A stretch of DNA of 64,000 bases from a virus. Its lineage: Duplodnaviria > Caudoviricetes. The translations under genes were made by a program, and so were the position numbers. The DNA is taken from positions 13,121 to 77,120 of IMG/VR virus record IMGVR_UViG_2791355120_000002. One strand, written 5' to 3'. Shown one piece after another: positions 1-9,520 of the stretch (position 1 is its first letter; the number at the start of each line of letters is the position of its first letter). The notes beneath the pieces are model-generated. The model worked only from the letters and a program-made list of their open reading frames with translations, was not told the origin of the DNA and searched no databases.

Positions 1-102
1 GAAGGCACGTTTCAAGCCCGGTGTGCAAAAATTTCACGTTTAACTTGATTTTATGAAGCCGGGCGTCTAAGGTCGGGTCAAATCCAGCCAAGGGGATGCG
101 AT

Positions 103-447
103 TTGGAACCCACCACGCATGAAGCTGCGGCAGCCAAGCCCAACCACACCGGCCGCCCGCGTAAGAATGACGACTTCAAGCTCTATGAGGGCGATCTGTA
201 CAAGGTGCTGCTCGAAAAGCTGCCCTCGAAGTACATCAAATTCGGGCGGCTCGACACCGATGCCATCCGAATCGGCACCGGCAATGCTCGCTTTACCGTC
301 TACCGGTGGCTGAACGAGCAGAAGCTGTCGAAGAACGCCATCCGAGCGCTGCTCAAGTTGTCGGCCGAGAGCGATGAAGCCAAGAAGAAGGGCAAGTTGA
401 AGAAGGCGGACCTTATCCCCTTCTTCGATCTCGGCGACGACCTCTGA
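103..447 (+). CDS. Small phage protein, possible DNA-binding regulator
   Basis: 114 aa, basic, HTH-like segment (RFTVYRWLNE), directly upstream of the primase. Confidence 0.65.
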   Translation: MEPTTHEAAAAKPNHTGRPRKNDDFKLYEGDLYKVLLEKLPSKYIKFGRLDTDAIRIGTGNARFTVYRWLNEQKLSKNAIRALLKLSAESDEAKKKGKLKKADLIPFFDLGDDL

Positions 448-469
448 TTCCCGCAGGGGAAGGCGTAAA

Positions 470-2977
470 ATGGCAAGTGCTCCCACGCTCGACGGCGTGC
501 TCGATTCCGTCCGCCCTCTGATCGAGGCCGGCGCGTCGCTGCATTGGTTGGTCCCCTTTGAGAAGCGGCCGATCGAAAACGAATGGTCGAAGGCTCCGTT
601 TCAGGACGAAGCCGCGCTCCGCAAGTCCTATCGTAGCAACGCCAACATCGGCATCCGGCTCGGCGAGCCGTCGAAGACCGATATTGGCTACCTGCATCTG
701 ATCGACCTGGACATCCGCAAACCGGAACTCGCCGCCGAGGCGTGGGCAAAGCTGCTCGAACTCTGGCCGGCAGCGCGGTCGTTCCCCACTGGCATCAGCG
801 GATCAGGCGGCGAAAGCCGCCATATCTATTTTCTGACCGACAAGCCGTTCCCAAAGAAGAAGCTCGCCAAGTCCACCAACTTCACGATGGTGTGGGACGC
901 GCAGAAGGAGCGCGAGGTTCGCAAATACGATTGGGAGATCGACCTTTACGGCACTGGCGCGCAAGCGGTGCTGCCACCTTCGATCCATCCGAATACCCGC
1001 CTGCCCTATCGTTGGGAACGGCCGCTCGAACTCGATTTCCCGATGATGATGGAGATCGGCTCGTCACAGGTCGAAGCATGGGGCGTCAGCGCCGCGTCGG
1101 CGCAGCCGGAAGACGATGAGGACGACCTTTTCGCGCTCTTGCGCGCAACGCCGATGGACCTGGCGCCCGAGAAGATCGACGAGATCATGCGCGATCTGCC
1201 GGCCGATTGGGTCGACGATCGTGACCAGTGGTTGACAGTCGGCGCCGCGCTGCATCACCAGTTCGAGGGAGCCAACGCGGGCTTCGAGCGGTGGAACGAA
1301 TGGGCGAAGCAGTCGCCGAAGTTCGACGCCAAGGACTCGGCGCGCGTTTGGAAGTCCTTCAAGGGCTCAAAGAATCCCGTCCGCATGGCGACGCTGATCC
1401 AGGCGGTGCAGACGAAGAAGCTCGCTCTCGACCTCGGTCTCGACGACGATGACGACGGTTTCGATTTGCCAGCCATCATTCCCGCCGCGTCGAGCAACGA
1501 CCTTTCCGACTTGCTCGGCACCGACACCAATGACCTTTCCGACCTGCTCGGCGGCTCCCCCCAACCTGCCGCGAAAGCGGACAAAAAGGATGCCGTTGAC
1601 CCTGACTGGTTGAGCAAGCTGCACCGCAACGAGGAAGGCGAGATCAAGAGCACCCTTCCGAACGTCGCCCTGATCGTTGATTGCGATCCGCGCACGCGCG
1701 GCATTGTCGCCTTCAGCGAGTTCAAGCAGACGGTTGTGCTGCGTGGCACCGGTCGCAAGGCATCACGGAAGCGCGACTCAGGACACGATCCGGTCAATCT
1801 CGACGGCCGTCTGTGGGAAGTGCAGGATGAACTCAACGGAGACAGTTGGAGCGACAGCCACGACTTCGCGGTGCGCGCCCTTATCGAGAGCAAGACGCAG
1901 TTGAAGGGCTACGGGATCAAGGTCACTGACCGCGATCTCAAGGGCGGCATCGATATGGCCGCGCAGCGGCGCCGCTTCCATCCGGTCAAAGAACTGATCG
2001 AATCGGTAACATGGGACGGCACCCCGCGCGCCGAGACCCTGTTCATCGACTATCTCGGCTGCGACGACAACCCCTATTACCGCCAGGCGTCGTTGATGAC
2101 CCTAGTTGGCGCTATCGCCCGCGTATATCGCCCCGGCCACAAGTTCGATTTCGTGCCGATCCTCGAAGGCGTGCAGGGCAAAGGCAAATCCACTTTCATC
2201 GAAATTCTCGGCCTGCACTGGTACAACGAACTCACTGGTGAGATCAGCGATCCGAAGCAGATGATCGAGGCCATGCAGGGCTCGTGGATACTGGAAATCG
2301 GCGAACTTTCAGCAATGCAGCGCTCGGAAGTCAACGACCTCAAGGCGTTCGTCAGCCGCACCCATGACAAGGCCCGCCTTGCCTTTGCCAAGCGCGTTCA
2401 GGAATACCCGCGCCAGTGCATCTTTATCGGCTCGACCAATGACCGCGAGTACCTGCGCGACGCGACTGGTGGTCGACGCTTCTGGCCGATCGTCTGCAAC
2501 CTGGAAGGCCAAATCGATAATCCCCGGCTGCGCCGGGAAATTTTGCAGGTGTGGGCCGAGGCGCTGCAAATCTTCCGCGACATGGAGAAGCGCTACCAGG
2601 GCGCACCGTTGCCGCTATTCCTGACCGACGAGGCGGCCAAGACGGCACTCGTCATGCAAGAAAGCCGCCGCGTCGAGAGCGCGGAAGACATCCTTGCTGG
2701 CCAGATTGCGGCTTGGCTCGAACAGCCGATCGGCACCGATGAGCGATTCGACGATCTGGACGTGGACGCCCCGAAGGTCTATCGCCAGGAGACCTGCATT
2801 CGGGAGATTTGGGAGGCCATGCTAGGCCGCGACGGCGCGATTCCGCAGACCGAGAACGTGAAGATCGGCCGCGCCATGCTTCAAGTCGGCTGGCCGCGCT
2901 CTGCCGGCGTCCTGCACGGGCGGGAAATCAACAAAAAATGGGGCAATTGTCGCGTCTACACGAGACCTGAGAAATAG
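470..2977 (+). CDS. Primase-polymerase/helicase (Prim-Pol + PriCT-2 + VapE/VirE P-loop)
   Basis: NIGIRLG..IDLD Prim-Pol motif; WLTVGAALH...WAKQSPKF PriCT-2; LEGVQGKGKST Walker A; YLRDATGGRRFW. Confidence 0.92.
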   Translation: MASAPTLDGVLDSVRPLIEAGASLHWLVPFEKRPIENEWSKAPFQDEAALRKSYRSNANIGIRLGEPSKTDIGYLHLIDLDIRKPELAAEAWAKLLELWPAARSFPTGISGSGGESRHIYFLTDKPFPKKKLAKSTNFTMVWDAQKEREVRKYDWEIDLYGTGAQAVLPPSIHPNTRLPYRWERPLELDFPMMMEIGSSQVEAWGVSAASAQPEDDEDDLFALLRATPMDLAPEKIDEIMRDLPADWVDDRDQWLTVGAALHHQFEGANAGFERWNEWAKQSPKFDAKDSARVWKSFKGSKNPVRMATLIQAVQTKKLALDLGLDDDDDGFDLPAIIPAASSNDLSDLLGTDTNDLSDLLGGSPQPAAKADKKDAVDPDWLSKLHRNEEGEIKSTLPNVALIVDCDPRTRGIVAFSEFKQTVVLRGTGRKASRKRDSGHDPVNLDGRLWEVQDELNGDSWSDSHDFAVRALIESKTQLKGYGIKVTDRDLKGGIDMAAQRRRFHPVKELIESVTWDGTPRAETLFIDYLGCDDNPYYRQASLMTLVGAIARVYRPGHKFDFVPILEGVQGKGKSTFIEILGLHWYNELTGEISDPKQMIEAMQGSWILEIGELSAMQRSEVNDLKAFVSRTHDKARLAFAKRVQEYPRQCIFIGSTNDREYLRDATGGRRFWPIVCNLEGQIDNPRLRREILQVWAEALQIFRDMEKRYQGAPLPLFLTDEAAKTALVMQESRRVESAEDILAGQIAAWLEQPIGTDERFDDLDVDAPKVYRQETCIREIWEAMLGRDGAIPQTENVKIGRAMLQVGWPRSAGVLHGREINKKWGNCRVYTRPEK

Positions 2978-3008
2978 CCTCATTTAGATCATCATCCCTG
3001 TTCGATTT

Positions 3009-3030
3009 GACCCGCTTCGGCGGGTTTTTT
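3009..3030 (+). terminator. Rho-independent terminator
   Basis: GACCCGC-TTCG-GCGGGTT followed by a T run. Confidence 0.85.
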
Positions 3031-3118
3031 CGTGCAAATGAGATACAGAGCATTTGTCGCGAAGATCGAACGTATCGCATCTACGAAAATGGGCTCAAAT
3101 CGATTTCGTGTGGCCCAT

Positions 3119-3340
3119 TATACACTCTATACAGGACATACACACTTTACACGGGGTTCCATACTCGTATCGTCGACCACGACTCCCACGTGTTCGGGCT
3201 TCAGCCCACTCCTTGCATCCCTATCTTATTTCAGTCTCTCTACAAACCAAGTGTATAGAGTGTATAGAGTGTATTCGGTCAACAAAATCAACGCCTTACA
3301 GCTATGCAGTCTCCTATACAGTCTCAAAGTCAAGTGTATA
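3119..3340. repeat. Inverted and tandem GTGTATAG repeats, candidate replication origin
   Basis: TATACACTCTATACA (3119-3133) is the exact reverse complement of 3252-3266; tandem GTGTATAGA units; AT-rich. Confidence 0.6.
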
Positions 3341-3444
3341 GCCGTTTCACCGCCGAAAAATTCATCACCAACCGGTTATCAGATAGGAATATTTGCCTCG
3401 CCACTCGTTTCGCTGCCGGGATTTTCAAATTTTGCGTGAATCGC

Positions 3445-3488
3445 GCTCAGCGCCTCTCGCCCATCCGGCGACCCCGCGGGAAGGACCC
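3445..3488 (-). other. Candidate cos site (cosN-like 12-mer plus cosQ-like heptamer)
   Basis: Minus strand reads GGGTCCT (lambda cosQ sequence), 25 nt, then GAGGCGCTGAGC, 9/12 identical to the Chi cohesive end GGTGCGCAGAGC as I recall it. Confidence 0.6.
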
Positions 3489-3738
3489 TGAGCGCCCAAG
3501 CCTTTGACTTCATTCGCTTTTTCGATGTCGAGCGGCAAATGCGATACGTTCAACTTGCATCGTCGACCATGATGCAACGCATTGAAACGACTAGGGAACT
3601 GCGGCCTAAGCGATCATGCGATACGCGCAACCGGGCAGGCCTGCCGCACGCAACGTGCAATTGTGCCTATCCAATCGCCTTTGATGCATGACGCGGGCAG
3701 CACGGGCGCCGGGCAGCTTGCCACGGGCAGGCCGGCTG

Positions 3739-3800
3739 CAGGGCTTCGCCGAGCGGCGGCTGCAGCACGGCAGCACGGCAGGGCTTCGCCGAGCGGCGGC
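3739..3800 (+). repeat. 22-bp direct repeat CAGGGCTTCGCCGAGCGGCGGC x2 among GCAGCACGG units
   Basis: Copies at 3739-3760 and 3779-3800. Confidence 0.8.
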
Positions 3801-3856
3801 AGCACGGGAAGGAATCCCGCGCACGCGAGGCAGCTTGACGGCGCGACCTGGCACGC

Positions 3857-3890
3857 TTGACAATGGGTCAGAGTTTCACCTAAAACGTGA
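3857..3890 (+). promoter_or_regulatory. Sigma70-like promoter with palindromic operator over the -10
   Basis: TTGACA at 3857; TCACCTAAAACGTGA at 3876-3890. Confidence 0.7.
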
Positions 3891-3916
3891 AAGACTAACG
3901 CGGGAGACCTGAGACC

Positions 3917-4135
3917 ATGAGCATTCATACCTGGAAGGCGCGCGATAAAGCGGCACGCATGGGTGGCTACGCTGGTAGAGATAGCGCGGCGCCGCTGTGG
4001 GAGATGTCCAAGCGCGAATTGATCGAGATCGCAACGCGACTCGGCGAGATTTGCAGCGACGAAGGCGGCGCCGATAACGGCATTGCCCGCGCTATCGAGG
4101 AACACGGCATATTGAAGCAAAACGCGATCATTTAG
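3917..4135 (+). CDS. Hypothetical early protein
   Basis: GGGAG RBS, first ORF after the promoter. Confidence 0.7.
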   Translation: MSIHTWKARDKAARMGGYAGRDSAAPLWEMSKRELIEIATRLGEICSDEGGADNGIARAIEEHGILKQNAII

Positions 4136-4137
4136 CC

Positions 4138-4374
4138 ATGACGATGCAATTTGAGTTTCACGCATACCACGACGGCTTGCGGGCTGATATCACAACTGAG
4201 CGGCTGCAAAGTGATAGCGCGGCAAGGGCAAAGGCCGGCCGCATGGCGAAGCGGTGCAATGGTCCGGTTGACCTTGCCCGAGCCGGCGCCGCGCCATGGG
4301 ATGAGCGCTATATCACCACGGCCAGCCCGAGCCAGTTTCACGCAAGCGGCTATCGATTGGAGCGGCTGGCGTAA
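4138..4374 (+). CDS. Hypothetical early protein
   Basis: Starts 2 nt after the previous stop. Confidence 0.7.
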   Translation: MTMQFEFHAYHDGLRADITTERLQSDSAARAKAGRMAKRCNGPVDLARAGAAPWDERYITTASPSQFHASGYRLERLA

Positions 4375-4380
4375 AGCCGC

Positions 4381-4413
4381 TTGACTCGGCTGCTAGTTTC
4401 ACGTTTAATGTGA
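4381..4413 (+). promoter_or_regulatory. Promoter plus operator
   Basis: TTGACT at 4381; TCACGTTTAATGTGA at 4399-4413; near-identical to 6487-6530. Confidence 0.7.
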
Positions 4414-4439
4414 AAGTCACGAAACAACGGGATTACGCA

Positions 4440-4655
4440 ATGTCCGCTTTGATCGCTTTCGCCGCTGCCAATCCTGAGACCGCTTTTCAGCTTGTCATGC
4501 TTGCGCTTTGCGGCGTTGTCGCCCTGGCAATGGCCGTTGCTGGCTTGCTCTATCTCACGGAAGCCGAGCGGCGCCGCAACCGTTCCAACCGTCGCCGCGA
4601 CAAGCGCCGCGCTGCCCGCATGGCAGCTTTCCGGCGCCGCGTGCGCTCGGCTTAA
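4440..4655 (+). CDS. Small membrane protein with basic tail
   Basis: One hydrophobic segment followed by an Arg-rich C-terminus. Confidence 0.6.
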   Translation: MSALIAFAAANPETAFQLVMLALCGVVALAMAVAGLLYLTEAERRRNRSNRRRDKRRAARMAAFRRRVRSA

Positions 4656-4682
4656 CTTTCACTTCTAACGGGAGAATCACCA

Positions 4683-4934
4683 ATGCTTGCCAAATTGCTT
4701 GCAGCCACGGTTGCCACGGGAGTCGGCAGCTTCGCCATTGCCTGCAGCCTGCCCGCTCAGCCCGAGCCGGCGCCGCGCTTCGAAATACGCGTCACGACCT
4801 ATGACGGGCAGTTGTTCATCGCGGGCAGCGGCGACGATTGCCTGAGCGCATGGGAAGGCGCCCGCGTGCCGCATGGCTGGCAATCGATCGAATGTGTCGA
4901 CGCCACGGCGCCGCGCTTCGCCTTTCACTTTTAA
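4683..4934 (+). CDS. Hypothetical exported protein
   Basis: GGGAG RBS; signal-like N-terminus. Confidence 0.65.
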   Translation: MLAKLLAATVATGVGSFAIACSLPAQPEPAPRFEIRVTTYDGQLFIAGSGDDCLSAWEGARVPHGWQSIECVDATAPRFAFHF

Positions 4935-4949
4935 CGGGAGAATCACGCT

Positions 4950-5168
4950 ATGGATATCGAGTCCATGTTCTACCATGTCGAGTCGGCTCGGGCTGCCATG
5001 CGGGCAGGCCTGCCGATAACTGCGGCCGTTCACATGCGGCACGCGTTGCAGTGCGCCAATGCGCTCAAAAGCCCGCGCTTGCGGTCTCGAGTTTTCCGAA
5101 TCCGAAACAAGCTTCGGCCGCTGGCCGAGCATCACACAAGAATTATCGCCGCTCAGATTGCGGCCTAA
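4950..5168 (+). CDS. Hypothetical early protein
   Basis: GGGAG RBS. Confidence 0.65.
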   Translation: MDIESMFYHVESARAAMRAGLPITAAVHMRHALQCANALKSPRLRSRVFRIRNKLRPLAEHHTRIIAAQIAA

Positions 5169-5182
5169 CGGGAGTCCCTGCC

Positions 5183-5503
5183 ATGTCAAAATACTTCCAC
5201 ATCATGACCGGCTTGCGCGGTTGCTACATGCCCGACAATGCCTATGTCATCCGCGTCGACACTAGGCGCGAACTAAAAGCCGCAATCGAAGATGAGGCAC
5301 GGCTTTGCCGCGACTCTGGCTTTGTCGGCTGCAGCAAATCGGCCGTAGCCAGCCTGGCCGCTGCCGCGTGGCGCGAAGCACACAAGCGCAATCCTTCGAT
5401 CTATCCCCACGTTGCGCCATACGGCAGCCGCGACAATCGTCATTCGGCGATTCATGTGTCTACCGCGACGCGTGCCGAATATCTGGAATTCGAGTCGGCC
5501 TAA
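5183..5503 (+). CDS. Hypothetical early protein
   Basis: GGGAG RBS; begins MSKYFHIMTGLRGCYMPD. Confidence 0.7.
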   Translation: MSKYFHIMTGLRGCYMPDNAYVIRVDTRRELKAAIEDEARLCRDSGFVGCSKSAVASLAAAAWREAHKRNPSIYPHVAPYGSRDNRHSAIHVSTATRAEYLEFESA

Positions 5504-5590
5504 GCCGTGGCGCCCGATCACATAGCAGAAATCGCACTAATCGAGATGTCACGGCTGCAGCGTGCGGCCATAGCTATTCAGGAGTCGACC

Positions 5591-6490
5591 ATGAATGAAG
5601 CTCTTTTGAACGCGTTCCGGTTTCATTTCCGCAACGCCACGGCAGGCTACATCAACGCGAATTGCGCTAAAGCCGGTCCTGCCAAATGGGCGATTGCAGC
5701 CGCTCGGCAAGATGTCGCGGCAGGTAAAGCACGATATCCGCGCGGCCAATATGCGGCCGTCACCTGGCAGCCGCGCGACGACAGTTCTAGGCGCGCCGAG
5801 CGGCTTGCGTTTGTGGAAGATGTCGCGGGCGCCGGCTTGCGGTTTGTCGGCAAGGTGGAAGCTGACACGCCACGCGGCCAGATTTGGAGCGACCGCGACT
5901 CGTGCGGCTGGTATAGCGATCTCGATCAATCGGAAACGATTTATGGAGTCGTGTATCAACTGCCCGGCCGCGACGGCAAAGCGCGCTTTGTGGCAGGCTA
6001 TGCCAGCGACGACGATTGCGACGGGCTGCCGACTCTCGATCTCGGCCATATCTTCGAAAGCGATTCCTGCCGTGGGGACTATTACGGCAACGTGCAAGAG
6101 CATGACGACGCGCGCGACGCTGCCCGAGCGGCCGATAGCATGGCGCAACGTGCGGCCGAGCAAGAGCGGGAATACAAGGCCGCATGGCAGGCCGGCCAGC
6201 GCTATAGCGAACTCGCAGACGAAATTGCGGCAGATAGGAAGGTAGCGCTTGAACTGCTTTCCGAGCGACGGGCAGCACGCGGCAACGGCGTCACTTTCCC
6301 TGCCATTTGCGCGACCATACGGCAACGCGTCGCCGAGATAATGCACGGGATTGCAGACGCTCGGGCAAAACGTGAAAAGCTGGCCGAAGGTGATTTTATC
6401 TCGGATTGGTTGCCGAGTTGGAATTCCAGTGACAAGCGGCTGCAGGCCGCGTTTAACGACGGCGCCGGGCAGACTATTTTTACCTGTTGA
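5591..6490 (+). CDS. Hypothetical phage protein with coiled-coil C-terminal half
   Basis: AGGAG RBS; about 300 aa. Confidence 0.75.
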   Translation: MNEALLNAFRFHFRNATAGYINANCAKAGPAKWAIAAARQDVAAGKARYPRGQYAAVTWQPRDDSSRRAERLAFVEDVAGAGLRFVGKVEADTPRGQIWSDRDSCGWYSDLDQSETIYGVVYQLPGRDGKARFVAGYASDDDCDGLPTLDLGHIFESDSCRGDYYGNVQEHDDARDAARAADSMAQRAAEQEREYKAAWQAGQRYSELADEIAADRKVALELLSERRAARGNGVTFPAICATIRQRVAEIMHGIADARAKREKLAEGDFISDWLPSWNSSDKRLQAAFNDGAGQTIFTC

Positions 6491-6519
6491 CTCGCCTCGC
6501 ACTTTCACGTTTAATGTGA
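6487..6519 (+). promoter_or_regulatory. Promoter plus operator
   Basis: TTGACT at 6487; TCACGTTTAATGTGA at 6505-6519. Confidence 0.7.
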
Positions 6520-6565
6520 AAGTCACGAAACGACGTGACGGCATAGCAGCAAAGGAGTCATCCCT

Positions 6566-6682
6566 ATGAAATACGAATCCCCTTACCGTCGCGGCGATTT
6601 TGCCAACACGCGGGAAGGCCGCGTGAGGCGCGAAAACCGGCTGGCGCGTATCGCTGCCAAGCGCTCTTTTTTCCAGGGCTGA
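6566..6682 (+). CDS. 38-aa basic peptide (below the ORF-track cut-off)
   Basis: AAGGAG RBS; MKYESPYRRGDFANTREGRVRRENRLARIAAKRSFFQG. Confidence 0.6.
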   Translation: MKYESPYRRGDFANTREGRVRRENRLARIAAKRSFFQG

Positions 6683-6685
6683 CCT

Positions 6686-6931
6686 ATGACCGCGCAATTT
6701 GATACACTAGGTTACGCTCAGGCGCTGAAAAGCGCTGGCGTGCCTGCCAAGCAGGCCGAAGCACATGCAAAGGTCGCGCGGGAATACCTAATGCCGGAAC
6801 TCGCAACAAAGGCCGATATTGCCGAACTGCGGCATTTGATTGAGCGGCAAACGTTGCAGCTTACCGTGCGACTCGGCGGAATCATCGTCGTGGGCATTGG
6901 TGTTCTAGCAGCGCTCAAATTGCTGCCGTGA
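6686..6931 (+). CDS. DUF1640/CCDC90-like coiled-coil membrane-anchored protein
   Basis: FDTLGYAQALKSAG...LATKADI...LTVRLG plus C-terminal TM. Confidence 0.8.
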   Translation: MTAQFDTLGYAQALKSAGVPAKQAEAHAKVAREYLMPELATKADIAELRHLIERQTLQLTVRLGGIIVVGIGVLAALKLLP

Positions 6932-7034
6932 TCTAGCGCGGCTTAACGGCCGCGCCTTTCCATCTCTCAAAATCAACCGGGCTTTGCGCCGCGCTTTTCA
7001 GCGCCACGGCCGAGCCATGTCTAAGGAATCTCAC

Positions 7035-8390
7035 ATGACCACGATTAGCGCCACTTACAGCCCGGAAGACAACAAAATCCGGCTCTATGCATCGTCAAGG
7101 CTCGACTCCGAAACCTATGAGCGAGTCAAGGCTGCCGGCTTCGCGTGGGCGCCGCGTCAGGAACTTTTCGTAGCGCCCAAATGGTCGCCGAAACGGGAAG
7201 ACCTGGCGCTTGAACTTGCGGGCGAAATCGAGCCGGAAGAAATGACCCTGGCCGAGCGGGCGCAAGCCAAAGCTGAGCGACTCGACGAACTGGCGCACAA
7301 GCGTCACCGGCAGGCTAATGCCTATAATCGCGCGGCTCAAGAATTGTCCGAAGCCTTTTCGAACGGCCAGCCTATTCTAGTCGGACATCATTCCGAAGCC
7401 AAAGCCCGTAAGACGCAAGCCCGGATGCATTCGGCCATGACCAATGCAAACAAGGCTGCAAAACTGGCCAATTACTGGCTTTACCGTGCCGAAGGAGTCG
7501 AGCGGCACGCGAATTATAAGAACGATCCCCGAGTCCGTGCCGGCCGGATTAAGACGTTGCTTGCCGAGTTGCGCGACATGCAACGCGACATCAACCACGG
7601 CCATTTGTGCTTGCAGGTATGGGAAAAGATTACTCAGGATGAGGCAATCAAGGTTGCGCTCGGCCGCGCCATTAGCACGGGTTCGCTTGCGCCGTGGGAT
7701 TTGTGGGGCAAGGTTGATAAAGGAGAAGTGTCGCCGCAAGAGGCGCGGCAGCAATGTATTGACGCAGCAAATCGGACCATCAAGAGCGATTATCGGCGCC
7801 GCTATATCGAGCACACGCTAAACCGGCTCAGCTATGAACGCGAATTGCTCGGCCCGGTTACTAGGTTCGAAGGCGAGTTGACTCCCGTCATCTTGCAGGC
7901 CTTTGCCCGTGAGCATGGCGCCCACAAGCCAGAAGGCCGGAAAATCGACGCTGAGACCTTCGTTATTGAAAGCTCGGCCGTGCTGCCGTTGCACTTGGCA
8001 AACGATACCGTTTTGGAGCTTTCCGGCGACGAATGGCGCGACCTGATGCAATCGGCTGGATATGAAGTGCCAGCGAAGAAAGACGGCTTGCCGCCAATCC
8101 TGAATCTCAAGTGCAAAAGCCTGCAGGCCAAGCACCGCTATCACCGGGATCAGGTCGAGACTTTCCCCGTGGTCGAGATGACCAAAGCCGAATATGGGAA
8201 AATCTATTCTGAGCAACGCGGGACTCGCCTTTCCCTTTGCGGTGAATTCCGTTTCAAGATTTGCCCGAACCCGCGTCACGACGGGCCGCGCTACATGGCC
8301 GGATGGTGTGCGGTATTCTTGACGGACTCGAAAGCTCATCCGCTGCCCGACTCGGTCGCGGCACTGGAAAGCGCGGAGTCGGTAGCGTGA
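7035..8390 (+). CDS. DUF3560-domain protein
   Basis: ATYSPEDNKIRLY; GQPILVGHHSE motif. Confidence 0.8.
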   Translation: MTTISATYSPEDNKIRLYASSRLDSETYERVKAAGFAWAPRQELFVAPKWSPKREDLALELAGEIEPEEMTLAERAQAKAERLDELAHKRHRQANAYNRAAQELSEAFSNGQPILVGHHSEAKARKTQARMHSAMTNANKAAKLANYWLYRAEGVERHANYKNDPRVRAGRIKTLLAELRDMQRDINHGHLCLQVWEKITQDEAIKVALGRAISTGSLAPWDLWGKVDKGEVSPQEARQQCIDAANRTIKSDYRRRYIEHTLNRLSYERELLGPVTRFEGELTPVILQAFAREHGAHKPEGRKIDAETFVIESSAVLPLHLANDTVLELSGDEWRDLMQSAGYEVPAKKDGLPPILNLKCKSLQAKHRYHRDQVETFPVVEMTKAEYGKIYSEQRGTRLSLCGEFRFKICPNPRHDGPRYMAGWCAVFLTDSKAHPLPDSVAALESAESVA

Positions 8391-8989
8391 ACCGGCCGGC
8401 GATATATTCCAGGCCGGCGAAGCCTATGCGCATTGAAGTCAAGCGCCGCGACGACTTCGCCAAACTGGCAGCGCCGCAGATTGTCGAGCCCGTGACGGTT
8501 GACAAGTTCACGGAATGCCATGTGACGCCTAGCGACGTTGCCGCGCGCATGGTCGACTATCTCGGGCCGCAAGGGGACTATTTGACCTTAGAGCCGAGCG
8601 CGGGAACCGGGCAGCTTTCTAGGGCGCTGCTAGCTGCCGGGCATAGCAAGTTTGAGCTTGTGCAGGTCGAGCGGCACAATTCCCTAGCGTCGCGGCTGCA
8701 CTCATTCGGTAGCGTTGTGAACCGCTGCTTTCTGGAATGGTCAGGGGAAGTTGCGGGCAAGGTCGAGTTTCCGCGCATAATCATGAATCCGCCTTTTAGC
8801 GACGTGCGAAAGCACGTTGCAGCGGCCGTTAGCTTGCTCGGGCGCCATGGTCACACGGAAGCGCCGACTCTTGTCGCGCTAGTTCCTATCACCTTTGAAC
8901 GCGGCGACGCTGAGACGTTGGAAACGCTTCCGGCTGACACGTTCGTCACGGCCAAAGTTCACACGAAGATTATCCGAATCCGTCGCTAA
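8387..8989 (+). CDS. Small SAM-dependent (N6-adenine-type) methyltransferase
   Basis: LEPSAGTG motif I and IMNPPF motif IV; GTGA overlap with the DUF3560 gene. Confidence 0.8.
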   Translation: MNRPAIYSRPAKPMRIEVKRRDDFAKLAAPQIVEPVTVDKFTECHVTPSDVAARMVDYLGPQGDYLTLEPSAGTGQLSRALLAAGHSKFELVQVERHNSLASRLHSFGSVVNRCFLEWSGEVAGKVEFPRIIMNPPFSDVRKHVAAAVSLLGRHGHTEAPTLVALVPITFERGDAETLETLPADTFVTAKVHTKIIRIRR

Positions 8990-9022
8990 CCCACGATTTC
9001 ACTTTTAACGGGAGTTTCACCA

Positions 9023-9520
9023 ATGCCCGAGTTTATTCTAGAGTCTTCCGGCCGCGTCGACATGCCGGCCGCGTCGCTCAGCTTCAGCGACCTGGACGAA
9101 TTCACACAAGGCTATATCGAGGCGCTCTTTTTCACTTCCGAGTGCCCGCAAGTCGCAACGGAAGAATTCAAAACGGCCGAGCATCAAGAGGCAATGCGGG
9201 AAGGCGCGGCGGATGGAGTCCTGCCGTGCGATGTCGGCTTTGCTGATCTGGCGCCCGAGACCCTGCAAGCGATCATTGCCGATTGCCGCGCCTTTCAGGA
9301 AAAGAACGCGGCCGATTTGGAAGCGGCTTATTCCCACATCCTGCAACCCGACTATGACGCGGCAGCGGCCGGCCGTGACTTTTGGTACACGCGCAACGGC
9401 CATGGAGTCGGCTTTTGGGATCGAGGACTCGGCCAAGTCGGCGACAAGCTCAGCGCCGCGTGCCGCTACCGCGAACTCAATCCCTATTTCGGCGACGACG
9501 AAAAGGTTTATCTGTCATGA
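9023..9520 (+). CDS. Conserved hypothetical phage/plasmid protein
   Basis: AGRDFWYTRNGHGVGFWDR motif; GGGAG RBS. Confidence 0.75.
   Translation: MPEFILESSGRVDMPAASLSFSDLDEFTQGYIEALFFTSECPQVATEEFKTAEHQEAMREGAADGVLPCDVGFADLAPETLQAIIADCRAFQEKNAADLEAAYSHILQPDYDAAAAGRDFWYTRNGHGVGFWDRGLGQVGDKLSAACRYRELNPYFGDDEKVYLS

Noticed and set aside
1499-1552. DLSDLL as the beta-clamp motif or a DNA repeat
   Set aside because: Lacks the Q and terminal F of QL[S/D]LF; codons differ between copies across genes.
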